Positions 35,201-46,741 of a stretch of DNA of 64,000 nucleotides are shown here, piece by piece. The stretch is from positions 136,845-200,844 of the forward strand of contig NIVC01002145.1 in NCBI GenBank assembly GCA_002269645.1, written 5' to 3'. The notes below the pieces were generated by a model. It ran no database searches, was not told where the DNA came from, and saw only the letters and a list, made by a program, of their open reading frames with translations. Within the stretch, counting starts at the first letter, position 1. Every line of letters starts with the position of its first letter. A program made the position numbers and the translations under genes. The stretch comes from Macrostomum lignano. Its lineage: Eukaryota.

Positions 35201-38097
35201 CTCCGCTCCCTCAGTGTCCTTGAATCTGCCTCTCCGCTCCCTCAGTGTCCTTGAATCTGCCTCTCCGCTCCCTCAGTGTCCTTGAATCTGCCTCTCCGCT
35301 CCCTCAGTGTCCTTGAATCTGCCTCTTCCTTCCCTCAGTGTCCTTGAATCTGCCTCTCCCTTCCCTCAGTGTCCTTGAATCTGCCTCTCCCTTCCCTCAG
35401 TGTCCTTGAATCTGCCTCTCCCTTCCCTCAGTGTCCTTGAATCTGCTTCTCCGCTCCCCCAGTCCTTAAATCCCCGTCTCCTCAGAAACTCGCCTGTTGG
35501 CAACCTCGCCAATCTTCTTTCCAGCCAGCTTGGCCTCCACCCGCTGTTTAAGCAACAGGTCGCAAGCTTCATTCTTCACCCGGATGAGCCCCTCCTCCGT
35601 GAGGTTGGACATCTCCATCACTGGGACGCCCTCGCTCTGTAGGCCGTCAAGCAGAGCCCGGCTCTCTTCGTCCAGTTCGGCAATTTTCAGCACGTCGGCT
35701 TTGTTGGCGCAGACAACCAGGGGCTTGTTGGCGAACAGCGGCCGGATGCTGTTGAACAGGTGCACCTGACAGAAAAGGCAAATGCTGATCTTATTATCCT
35801 GATCATTTGGTTTCCTTCAGCATTCAAGACTGCCGAAAAGGAGTGTCTCATTGATGGGTGTCATAAGCAGCTCATTGATGGGTGTCATAGACAGCTCATT
35901 GATTGGGGTCATAATCAGCTCATTGATCGGTGTCATAACTAGCTCATTGATCGGTGTCATAACTAGTTCATTGATCGGTGTCATAACTAGCTCATTGATC
36001 GGTGTCATAGACAGCTCATTGATGGGTGTCATAACTAGCTCATTGATGGGTGTCATAACTAGATCATTGATGGGTGTCATAACTAGATCATTGATGGGTG
36101 TCATAACTAGCTCATTGATGGGTGTCATAACTAGATCATTGATGGGTGTCATAACTAGCTCATTGATGGGTGTCATAACTAGATCATTGATGGGTGTCAT
36201 AACTAGATCATTGATGGGTGTCATAACTAGCTCATTGATGGGTGTCATAACTAGATCATTGATGGGTGTCATAACTAGATCATTGATGGGTGTCATAACT
36301 AGATCATTGATGGGTGTCATAGACAGCTCATTGATGGGTGTCATAACTAGCTCATTGATTGGCGTCATAGACAGCTTATCGATGAGTGTAATAGACAGTT
36401 CATTGTTGGGATCAGGAAGCTGCTCACTTTTTTCAGATGCACAAAAATTTCTTATAAAATGGCATTGAAATAAACACTTCAGACATCAAAGACCAACTGG
36501 CGCACCTGCTGAGGCACGGTGTATCCGCACTGGCCAGAAAGGTCCAGAAAGAACAGTACAGCGGCCCGGAGATGAGCCAGGGCCGTGATGGCCAGCATCT
36601 CGATGTTGTTCCGATCCTCCAGCGGGTGGTCCAGAATGCCCGGAGTGTCAATCACCTGCCAGCGCAGGTACTCGTGATCCATGTGGCCAACGTACAGGCT
36701 TCGAGTAGTGAACGGATACGGTTGGACTTCCACATCCGCGCGCGTCATCTTGTTGAGAAAGCTGGACTTGCCGACGTTGGGAAAGCCACACAGGATTAGC
36801 GACCGGCCAGTCGGGTTGATTGACGGCAATCGGGACAGGTGTTGGCGCACCTGAGCGAGGGTAGTTTTAGTGGGAATTACTGGGAAATAACGACATATAG
36901 ATGGCAGGATCAATGGGTCCAGGCGGAAGATCTGGGAGGCTGGCCCATTAACTGAGAATATGGGAGGTTGGCCCAGCAACTGAGAATATGGGAGGTTGGG
37001 CCAGCAACTGAGGATCTGGGAGGCTGGCCCAGCAACTGAGGATCTGGGAGGCTGGCCCAGCAACTGAGGATCTGGGAGGCTGGCCCAGCAACTGAGGATC
37101 TGGGAGGCTGGCCCAGCAACTGAGGATCTGGGAGGCTGGCCCAGCAACTGAGGATCTGGGAGGCTGGCCCAGCAACTGAGGATCTGGGAGGCTGGCCCAG
37201 CAACTGAGGATCTGGGAGGCTGGCCCAGCAACTGAGGATCTGGGAAGCTGGCCCAGCAACTGGGGATCTGGGAGAGCGGTGGCCCAGCAACTGAGGATCT
37301 GGGAGGCTGGCCCAGCAACTGAGGATCTGGGAGGCTGGCCCAGCAACTGAGGATCTGGGAGGCTGGCCCAGCAACTGAGGATCTGGGAGGCTGGCCCAGC
37401 AACTGAGGATCTGGGAGGCTGGCCCAGCAACTGAGGATCTGGGAGGCTGGCCCAGCAACTGAGGATCTGGGAAGCTGACCCAGCAACTGAGAATCTGGGA
37501 GGCTGGCCCAGCAACTGAGGATCTGGGAGGCTGGCCCAGCAACTGAAGATCTGGGAAGCTGACCCAGCAACTGAGGATCTGGCAAGCTGGCTATTGGACT
37601 ATCACTGAACACAATAAAAGCAAGAATCCCCAGCGCACCTGTTCCAGGTAAGCCAGCGTAGAAGACTGTCCACGCATAATTGTAGCCATGCGGCCCAGAG
37701 CGGCCCGTTTCAACTGTTTGCACCTGTACAGCGAGTCGCCATACTTCAACAGCCGGGAATAGTCCTGGCCGACTCGGGCAACCAGGTGCCTGGCCGTGTT
37801 AATCTGGCCCAGGGCCAGTTTGTAGTGGTCCCGATCGTACAGGGCATTGATGAGATCGGCATAGAACGGGTGCAGCTCCTCCAGCCTGGGGAACTCGGTC
37901 ACAATGGCTGTCAACTTGTCGTAGAATGTCTGCTGAGTAAACTTCACTTTGCGAGTGTAGAACTGCCTGATTCGAGAGATCTGATAGTGCCGATGGATCA
38001 CAGTTGGAGTCTTGCGCTGAGTCTTTGACAGCACAATGTCAACAAAGTCTTTGGCGGTTGGCACCACCGTGATCTGCTTGAAATTGTACTGCACCAT
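32280..38097 (-). CDS. GTPBP4: Nucleolar GTP-binding protein 1 (NOG1); exons 38097-37639, 36850-36506, 35765-35494, 34245-33993, 33660-33433, 32654-32280; about 643 aa; intron 3 is GC-AG
   Basis: [33 protein letters not shown]1 GFPNVGKS, G3 DTPG, G4 NKAD, WEGHNI|DFIDP, C-terminal [18 protein letters not shown]. Phases are consistent. Confidence 0.96.
32795..33370. repeat. About 25-bp minisatellite, NOG1 intron 5
   Basis: Tandem gagtgaagggcgattctcaggagag. Confidence 0.93.
33727..33905. repeat. 28-bp minisatellite, NOG1 intron 4 (same family as intron 1)
   Basis: Tandem ggctggcccagcaactg(a/g)ggatctggga. Confidence 0.93.
34318..35460. repeat. 31-bp highly homogeneous minisatellite, NOG1 intron 3
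   Basis: Tandem tgtccttgaatctgcctctcc(g/c)(c/t)tccctcag. Confidence 0.97.
35845..36410. repeat. 24-bp minisatellite, NOG1 intron 2 (same family as CDK5RAP1 intron 4)
   Basis: Tandem tcattgatgggtgtcataactag(c/a). Confidence 0.95.
36925..37590. repeat. 28-bp minisatellite, NOG1 intron 1
   Basis: Tandem ggctggcccagcaactgaggatctggga. Confidence 0.95.
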
Positions 38098-38310
38098 TGT
38101 TTCCAATTAGTCAGTTAGTTAATCGATTTTTTAATTGGCGGAACGGGTCTCAAGAGCTGCGCTGAAAGTATAGGAAATGAATACCAATGGGTAAGTTGAC
38201 ACTCTGATGTTTATGAGGGAGTCAGCTTGATTAGCTGTTAGTCTATATACTACTTTACTAAGTAACCACTTGCGAGTACTATTGAGCAAATTGGTAACTA
38301 GATAGCGAGC

Positions 38311-38455
38311 CAGCTGAATGAATAGCTAACTAGCTAACTCACTGAATAGCTAATTAGCTAACTCACTGAATAGCTAATTAGCTAACTCAATGAATAGCTA
38401 ATTAACTCACTGAATAGCTAACAAGCTAACTCACTGAATAGCTAACTAGCTAACT
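38311..38455. repeat. About 24-bp short array upstream of NOG1
   Basis: gaatagctaa(c/t)tagctaactcact units. Confidence 0.8.
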
Positions 38456-39164
38456 GATAACAAGTGAAGTTTCAGAATAGATAAAACCTTGTATTTTGCT
38501 AACAAACTGAATAATATCTTGTGGAATATTCAACAGAGTATACAATGATCCACACATGCCATATTACAGAATTAATATGAACATAGAAAATAAATCAAGT
38601 AAAAAGCCAGACTTACAAACAAACAGGAAGTACAAATTTCACTTTGGTAGGCAACCAGGATATATGATAAACTAAGTAAGTACACAGAACTCCTTGAACA
38701 GAAAAGGCCCCCAGGGACAACTCGAACAATTATAAACTTAGCTATAGTAGATAGCCATTTTAATCGATGAAGCTCAGATGGAATTTAGCACAGGCACTAG
38801 CAGGACACGTACTACTTGTAACAAGTAGTGTATTCAATAGTGTTAAGCTACATTTAGCCATTCTAATAGATTAAAATTAACATATGGATAGCAAACATTA
38901 CTAATGCGAAAGATAAAGCTTGCTAAAATAAAAAAATTCAATTATTGGATATTACGGACTAAATGAACAAGTTTTTTCCCGATTCCTATATGGAATAAAC
39001 ATACGTGATTTGGCATACAATAATTATAAGGATGTAGTAACGATAATTTTACAGTATTAATATTAGTTATCAAGCATGCTTGACATAAACTAATCAGAAT
39101 ACTTGTCTAACTGTGAGAAATGCAGAACCTTTTTTGGCTAAAACTTTAACATCTGCATGATGCG

Positions 39165-39463
39165 TGATGAGTGAGGTGGGTGAGAAGTAAGGTGGGTGCG
39201 GAGTGAGGTGGGTGAGAAGTGAGGTGGGTGCGGAGTGAGATGGGTGAGGAGTGAGGTGGGTGAGGAGTGAGGTGAGTGCGGAGTGAGGTGGGTGCGGAGT
39301 GAGGTGGGTGCGGAGTGAGGTGGGTGAGAAGTGAGGTGGGTGCGGAGTGAGATGGGTGAGGAGTGAGGTGGGTGAGGAGTGAGGTGGGTGAGGAGTGAGG
39401 TGAGTGCGGAGTGAGGTGGGTGCGGAGTGAGGTGGGTGCGGAGTGAGGTGGGTTAGGGTTAGG
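39165..39463. repeat. 16-bp G-rich minisatellite ending in GGGTTAGGGTTAGG
   Basis: Tandem gagtgaggtgggtg(cg/ag). Confidence 0.9.
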
Positions 39464-39771
39464 CACAATTTAGTTTCATGGCACCGGGTGGAACTAGATA
39501 TACAGCATAGACAATTAGTATTATGCATATCTGAAAATGAATTCTAAACTAGGATTTATTTTAGAATAGTATCGATACCTTGAAAGATCAAATTAAGTAT
39601 AATCCACACGTCAGCTTACTTTTAAATGCATATAACTCAACATTGACTTAACGATGAATTGCAATATATAATTATCTGTACACACCGTGTAGCTGCTTGA
39701 GACTCAGAGACATGAATACGCATGCTCATTGTTCTATCAGAGTTGCTCTCAAAAAACAAATAATTATTACG

Positions 39772-42700
39772 TCATCCAGCCATCTGACTCCAATCGATAT
39801 TGCTTTCACCGCCGCCAACGTAGCCGCCGTGAGCAGCAAACAGCCGGTTAACCCAGCGCTCCGCCTGGACTTTGGCCGACTCTACTAATAAAGAGCTGTC
39901 ACGATTGTCTGGGCCGGCGAACTCGGCCATCAGCTGGTGAGTCAGCCGACGGGCCACGAGCTTGAAGCTGGGCCGGTCAATACAGCCGCGCTTGTAATAG
40001 CCGTCTAGGATGTTTATTGACACGTCTCCGAGTTGCTTCTTAATTGCTTCCTCATGACGATGCTGCTTCTGTTTCTGCTGCTGTTGCTGACTGTTTGAGC
40101 CCCAATAATGATGAAGCGTATTGCGTTTATCCGCAGGAGGAGGCTGCAGAAGTTTAGCTTTGCCAGATGAGCGCTTACGGCTCTGAGCTGAGACCGACTG
40201 CTGCTGCTGCTGTTTGACGGATTGGTTGGTGGCGTCTCTGGGCGCAACAGCTGCGGAATTAAATTTATCAACAGGCATCTGCAACTGGCTACTCATAGTA
40301 AAAGATGATGTGAGAGCGCCACTATAAGACGAGACAGATTTCTGCTCAACAAAATAGTTGGTTGAAGAAGATTCCCCCTGAGCGACAGGCGCGCTGGTCC
40401 TAGCAAACGAGGAGGCGGACGAGTCGCCGCTGCTCCGCCGCAGAGGCTCCAAAGTGACCAGCTTCACCTTGGCCCCGCTGCTGGTCCCGCCGGCCGATCC
40501 GGCGCCACTGCGGCCAGTCTGGCCAACCTGTTGAGGCATGTCAACAAAGCAGGCGAATCCCGGCCTGCCAGCCGCCTGTCTGGACTGAGGAACAACCATC
40601 GCGTCGCTGTTGCCGTCGTCTGCATCATCAGATTCGGACCAGTTGTCCAACAGGTTGAATGAAAACGGTTGTACAGTACTATTAGTAGCAGGTTCAGATT
40701 TGATTTTCTGATGCTGCTCCTGCTGCTGCTGCTGCTGCTGTTGCGGCTTCTCCCAGAAGTACTGAACTTTTGGCGGAGGCGACGGCGGCCTCGGCGGCCC
40801 CGCAGACGGATAGGGCTCCACGCTAGGCAAAATGCTGTCATCTGACTCCGCATTGAAGAGGTTAAACTTGGGCGAATCTGGCTCATCAGCATTCGCCGAT
40901 GCCGGCTCAGCCGCGGTTAATTCCGCTTCAGCCGCAGCCTCCGCCTCCTGCGAGTCATCGTAGGACAGCAGAAAGTCCGCCAGTTCGTCGCCCGACTTGC
41001 ACTTTCTAACCCGGGACACGGCCTTCATCATTGCGCCGCGATAGGTTGACGCCACCTTGGAGGCGCGGAAGGCCGAATATTCCATGCGGATCAGGGCCGC
41101 CTCGGCCCGGTCTGGCGGCAGGAGATCCGGGGCCAGCGAGGCCAGCTTTGGCAGCAGAGAGGAGCGCAGTAGATTGTACGACTGCTCCCGACACTTGCCA
41201 GTGATGCCGGCAATGCCGCGGTTTCCAGCGTCTCTGATTGGACAGTCGGCCGAGGCGGCGGCCCATGACGAGTTGTCAGCGCCGTATCGGCTACCACCGC
41301 CGCCGCCGCCACTGCCTGATAGAGCGAAACATTTGGAACATGATTGAATCAGACATTGAAACATGATTGAATAAGACATGTTACCATGATTAAGACATGT
41401 TACCATGATTGAATAAGACATGTTACCATGATTGAATAAGACATGTTACCATGATTGAATAAGACATGTTAACATATTGAATAAGACGTTTTGACATGAT
41501 TGAATCAGACATTAAAACAAAATTGAACCAGTTATCCAAAGCCAATAAAAAAACTTATATGGGAAAATAAATGATCCCCAAACTCAGACGATAAGAAATT
41601 TCCAATTTCATGCTAAGCAGGTGGTCAAAGAGAATTTATAACAAAAATGATCACCTGCACCAACCCGGCGCCGCTGAAACTCAGCCTGGATAGCGTCGTT
41701 GCGGTCTTTTTTCTCTTGGGCCGCGAGCCGCTCCGCCAGCGCGTAGTCCGCCTGCGAATCGTCGTCGTATTCTTCGAAACCGCGGCCGCGCTGCCGCTGC
41801 CGATAGAGATCCGGGTCCAAGTCTTCGTCCGCCTGCGGCCCCCGGCCCCGTCGCCGTTCAATATTGGCCGAATGGCACCAGCGTTGGAATTCGCGCAGCT
41901 GGGCGGCCGCCTCTTTGTCTTGAGCGCAGGCGTCGCAATTGGTCCGGCAAGGCTGCGTGTTGCTCTCGCCGAAATAGGCGGCCACTGTAGCGTTGCGGCA
42001 TCTTTAAAGGTGAGACAATGTACTTTTATGCAGAGCCGGGATGACCGAGAAAAGTAAATGACGCCCCTCTTCTGCAGCAGCTTTGGCGCCCCACTTGCGG
42101 CAGCTTTGGCGCCCCCTTGCAGCAGCTTTGGCGCCCCCCCTGCAGCAGCTTCGGCGCCCCCTTGCAGCAGCTTCGGCGCCCCCTTGCAGCAGCTTTGGCG
42201 CCCCTTTGCAGCAGCTTTGGCGCCCCCTTGCAGCAGCTTTGGCGCCCCGCCTCCTTGCAGCAGCTTTGGCGCCCCCCTTTACAGCAGCTAGTCATTATTA
42301 CTATAGCAATTGTAAGAAGCCATAAAAAATACTAATAATTTAGGTCACATTAGCGGCCAGCACTAGCAAAGTTAAGCAGTTTTGGCCGCAGTTAGTACTC
42401 AGCTAAATAGACTCTAGTTGAAATAACAGACAGGCTCTCACTTGCAAGTCTCAGCGTAGGAGATCATCTCATTGAGATCCTGCATAGCGATGGCCCGACG
42501 ATTAACAGTCGGACGATCGGGCGTATCTGTGGCGGCAGAAGCGGACGCGGACTCGTCATCACCGCCAGCATCCTTTTGCTGCTGTTGAGTCAGATAGGCA
42601 ACAGTGTCCCTCTCCTGTTTAGTGTAGTAGATCCGACACTTTGACGGCAGTCCGTCTCGGCCGGCCCGACCGCTCTCCTGATAATAGGCTGCCAGAGATT

Positions 42701-43706
42701 TGGCCACAGTCCAATGGGCCACAAATCTGACATTTGGCTTGTCAACTCCCATACCGAAGCTGACAGTGGCCACAACCACAGGGAATTTATTATCAGTCCA
42801 ATCCAGCTGGTTGGCCTGCCGGTCGGATTTCTTCAAGCCGGCATGATACGGCCTGGCTGGCAGGCCGCGCGAGCACAGCCGGCTAGCGATGTCTTCGCAC
42901 ACGTCCCGCTGCCTACAATAGACGATGCCGGAGCCCCGGCCGGACCAATCGGCTGCGTCCGCCTCGCTGGAGCCGCGCGGCGGCAGGCAGGCCAGCGCGA
43001 ACTGCAGCAGATTAGCGAACGGATCCGGCAGCAGGTCGGCGAACTGCACATCGTAGTAGAGATTCGATCGATAGCAGGCCGTCTGAAAGATGCGCGGCGA
43101 GTGCAGCTTCAATAGGCGGTTAATATCGTCGCGCACCCTAGCATTAGCCGTGGCGGTCAGGGCGATACAAGTGGCCGACGGACACAGTCTGGCTCGAACC
43201 TGGCCGAGGCGTAGAAAATCCGGCCGAAAATCGTGACCCCATTCGGACACGCAGTGAGCCTCGTCAACAACAAAATAAGATAGCCTAGCCCGATCGGCCA
43301 GCTGTTTAGCCAGAGATTCGAATGTCTTAGTTCGAGTCTGCTCAGGCGTGACGTACAGCAATCGAATCTCTGGACAGGGCGAGGCCAAGTCGGCCAGCAC
43401 AGCCCGGCGCTCCTTCTCGCCGGTGCGCGAGTTGATCGTAGCGGCGCCAATGCCCAGCCGTTTCAATTGTTCCAGCTGGTCACTAATCAGAGCGATCAGG
43501 GGCGATACAACAATAGCAACGCCGCGATGATAGACAGCCGGCAGCTGGTAGCAAAGCGACTTTCCCGCCCCGGTTGGCATGCAAACAAATAAGTCGCTTT
43601 GCCTGGCAACAGCGCATCGAACCGCAGCCTCTTGAGTGTCGGATTTGAATTCCGCATGCTTGAAATGCTTGGCTAAGCAGGCTAGCACCGAGTCGCGCTG
43701 CTGCAT
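39772..43706 (-). CDS. RECQL5: RecQ helicase 5; exons 43706-42442, 42001-41655, 41315-39772; about 1051 aa
   Basis: [46 protein letters not shown]. Zn module K|[25 protein letters not shown]-like [17 protein letters not shown]-like [11 protein letters not shown]-like [20 protein letters not shown]. Confidence 0.94.
41338..41510. repeat. 23-bp minisatellite, RECQL5 intron 2
   Basis: Tandem atgattgaataagacatgttacc. Confidence 0.88.
42073..42290. repeat. About 22-bp minisatellite, RECQL5 intron 1
   Basis: Tandem gcagcagctttggcgccccctt. Confidence 0.9.
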
Positions 43707-44514
43707 TGGCCCAACTAATATATCTACTGCTAACTGCACTACTCACAGTAGGATAGAAAGCGCTGGCTGCTGGGGCCTGCAGAAATATGAATAATTAATA
43801 TAGTTGATTAATAAGTAATAGACTAAAAGCATACACAAATAGACTAGGATAAACAGAATGAACAGAGAGAGAACTATTAATAACTATATAAGTAGAAAAG
43901 TTATCCAACGAGACGTTCTGTGTATTTTAGTAATGAAGTTAATACCATATTATTACTATCAATATTATAAGTAGAACAATTGCGACGTCAAGTTTTATTT
44001 ATACAGCGAACACAGTTAACAGTTAACAAAGTATTTTTGGTTGGATAAAGTCATTCATTAATATACAATAGATATATTTTTGTATAATCTCTGATTACCA
44101 TGAATATGACTTTGCGACGCCTAGTAGGAAAAATAAACTAAAATAAAAGCAAACTATGAAGGATAAATTGGGGCTTGTATAACTAATAAAGATAGAATAC
44201 AAAGAATGTACAGACGCTGTAGTGTGGCAAACAATTAAAAAGTCATGGTGCAACTTCAGTCTTGAGTATAACTTCTGAATATGAATATATATGCCATCTG
44301 AATTTATGCATGGCATATATGCACACCCGCTATGAAAAAATTACACGAAACTTTTATTGGCGACACTGTGCGCTGCCTTTCCGCTTTTCGGCGGCTTGAA
44401 ACGAAACAAAAGTGGAGCTTTTAGATAATTAGAAACAGACAATATCAATGAGGTAAATTAGTGTACTTTGCAAGAACTTTTCCCTCATTGCAAATGTAAA
44501 ATCGGGATTGTTGT

Positions 44515-45212
44515 TTCTGTAAGCGCCGCTACCCCCTTTCAGTAAGCGCCGCTACCCCCTTCAAGAAGCGCCGCTATCCCCCTTCAGTAAGCGCCGCTAC
44601 TCCACTTCAGTAAGCGCCGCTACTCTCTTCAGTAAGCGCCGCTACCCCCTTCAGTAAGCGCCGCTACCCCCTTCAAGAAGCGCCGCTATCCCCCTTCAGT
44701 AAGCGCCGCTACCCCCTTCAGTAAGCGCCACTACTCCTCTTCAGTAAACGCCGCTACCCCCTTCAAGAAGCGCCGCTATCCCCCTTCAGTAAGCGCCGCT
44801 ACTCCTCTTCAGTAAGCGCCGCTACTCTCTTCAGTAAGCGCCGCTACTCCTCTTCAGTAAGCGCCGCTATCCCCCTTCAGTAAGCGCCGCTATCCCCCTT
44901 CAGTAAGCGCCGCTACTCTTCTTCAGTAAGCGCCGCTACTCTCTTCAGTAAGCGCCGCTATCCCCCTTCAGTAAGCGCCGCTGCTCCTCTTCAGTAAGCG
45001 CCGCTACCCCCTTCAGTAAGCGCCGCTATCCCCCTTCAGTAAGCGCCGCTACTCTTCTTCAGTAAGCGCCGCTACTCTTCTTCAGTAAGCGCCGCCACTC
45101 CTCTTCAGTAAGCGCCGCTACCCCCTTCAGTAAGCGCCGCTACTCGTCTTCAGTAAGCGCCGCTACCCCCTTCAGTAAGCGCCGCCACTCCTCTTCAGTA
45201 AGCGCCGCTACT
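44515..45212. repeat. 22-23-bp minisatellite between FHIP1 and RECQL5
   Basis: Tandem cttcagtaagcgccgcta(ccc/ctc). Confidence 0.95.
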
Positions 45213-46060
45213 CCCCCCTGTAGAAACTTTCATCCCGAATTTGCGCCAACAAATAAAGAAAAGCGAAACGAATTGACAGCATAAAAGTCAAGAGATTAAA
45301 TGGCACCCTTAAAATCAGAAAAATTACTGGATCGAAAAAAAATTGCAAAATATGATTTACCACAGTGAGGATCGGATATTTTGTGGCTGTAGACACGCAT
45401 AGGAAAAATCCAAAATAAAAATTAATGATCGAGAGAAATTGGAAAGATAAACAAACTATTATACAACGCACTGCATATTTATATAGTTAGATATTTATTA
45501 ATATCTTTGTATTAGAAAAACTGTTAAACAGAAGCAAAGATGTGGAAGCAAATGAGTAAAGTACATTTTAGAAAATTGAAACAATAACTTACCAATATTA
45601 AAGCATCTATGAAAATGTGGCTAGTGACTGTTTGACATGTATTCTAATTAAACAATAGAAAGTAATCACGCTGAAACAGCTGCTATGTCTGTACAATAAA
45701 TTTGCTTAATCTAGTACTATTAGTAGCAGTAGTAGTAAAAAAAGTAAAATTAAAACACTTATTTGGCTGCGCACTAGTAAAAGAATTAATCTGTTATAAG
45801 TAGTATATTTAACTTGATTTGTTATTATATAAGGCAAGACAAATGTGTTCTATTTAAGTAAAGCAGTGATCCTCAGTTACAGATATTTTATCATTTGAAC
45901 TTTGAATTTGTCAAAAGTGAGTTCAAATTTTTCAAGAGTTCAAATGCAATACGAGTATAGCGCTTATCGGGAAGAGAATGATTGTCTCTGGCTTGAATGA
46001 ATGACTGAAATCAGTGTGAAGTGTGAATTCAAGTCTCATTGTCGGCATTCATCTAGTCTA

Positions 46061-46528
46061 GAGCACAAATACTAGAATAACTAGATGGGCCATTCAGCAC
46101 ATTTGCGGGTAAACTACTTTCAGTTCAGTAGTAAGTTAAACAGAAGCATTTTACTGCATTTTTAAAGCCAAGGCCCATTCATTGGCTCTTACCCCCCAGC
46201 CTAAACCCTCCAACCGCGCCTTTCAACAATGCCCCCACTCGCCCCAATTTTTTTTCTCGGAATTCCAGCCTAAAGCTGCCATGTACATTTCAGTGGACTG
46301 GCTAAAGTACATTATTGCTGAACCAATTAGCAAGCTGTTTACGCCTGCAAGCTTTTGGGCTTCTAAACTTATCAAAGTCATTTTAGCTGCCCTTATTTCT
46401 ATAAAATAGCTTATATATTCTTCTTTGCTACTGAACTGAAAGTAGAAAGCTGTTTTAAAACTTAGTAAATTTACTAAGTAAATATATGTGCCTGAGTGGC
46501 CCATCTAGCTATTCTAGTATCTGTGGTC
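46061..46528. mobile_element. MITE-like element (about 468 bp) with about 42-bp TIRs and TA flanks (Tc1/mariner-type TSD)
   Basis: Left end TA|gagcacaaatactagaataactagatgggccattcag matches the reverse complement of the right end ctgagtggcccatctagctattctagtatctgtggtc|TA; inner inverted match ctactttcagttcagtag. Confidence 0.75.
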
Positions 46529-46741
46529 TAGAGCGATCCGCAGACTTAATTCTCGAGTAGGGCAATACTCGTACCTGACAACAATCAAAGTATGATTTTA
46601 CAGACGAAATTTGCTCACTTCCTGACTTAAATTTACCATAGCCAACTTATTGAAGTTGAAATTGTATGTAATAATCTTACTAATGCCCGACACATACTAC
46701 TGGCGTCAAATATACAGAGCAAACTCGATCCAGATTTTTAT

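Noticed and set aside
36479-37723. 414-aa ORF reading through NOG1 intron 1 into exon 2
   Set aside because: The 28-bp unit has no stop in any sense frame, and the intron (788 nt) is out of frame with exon 1.
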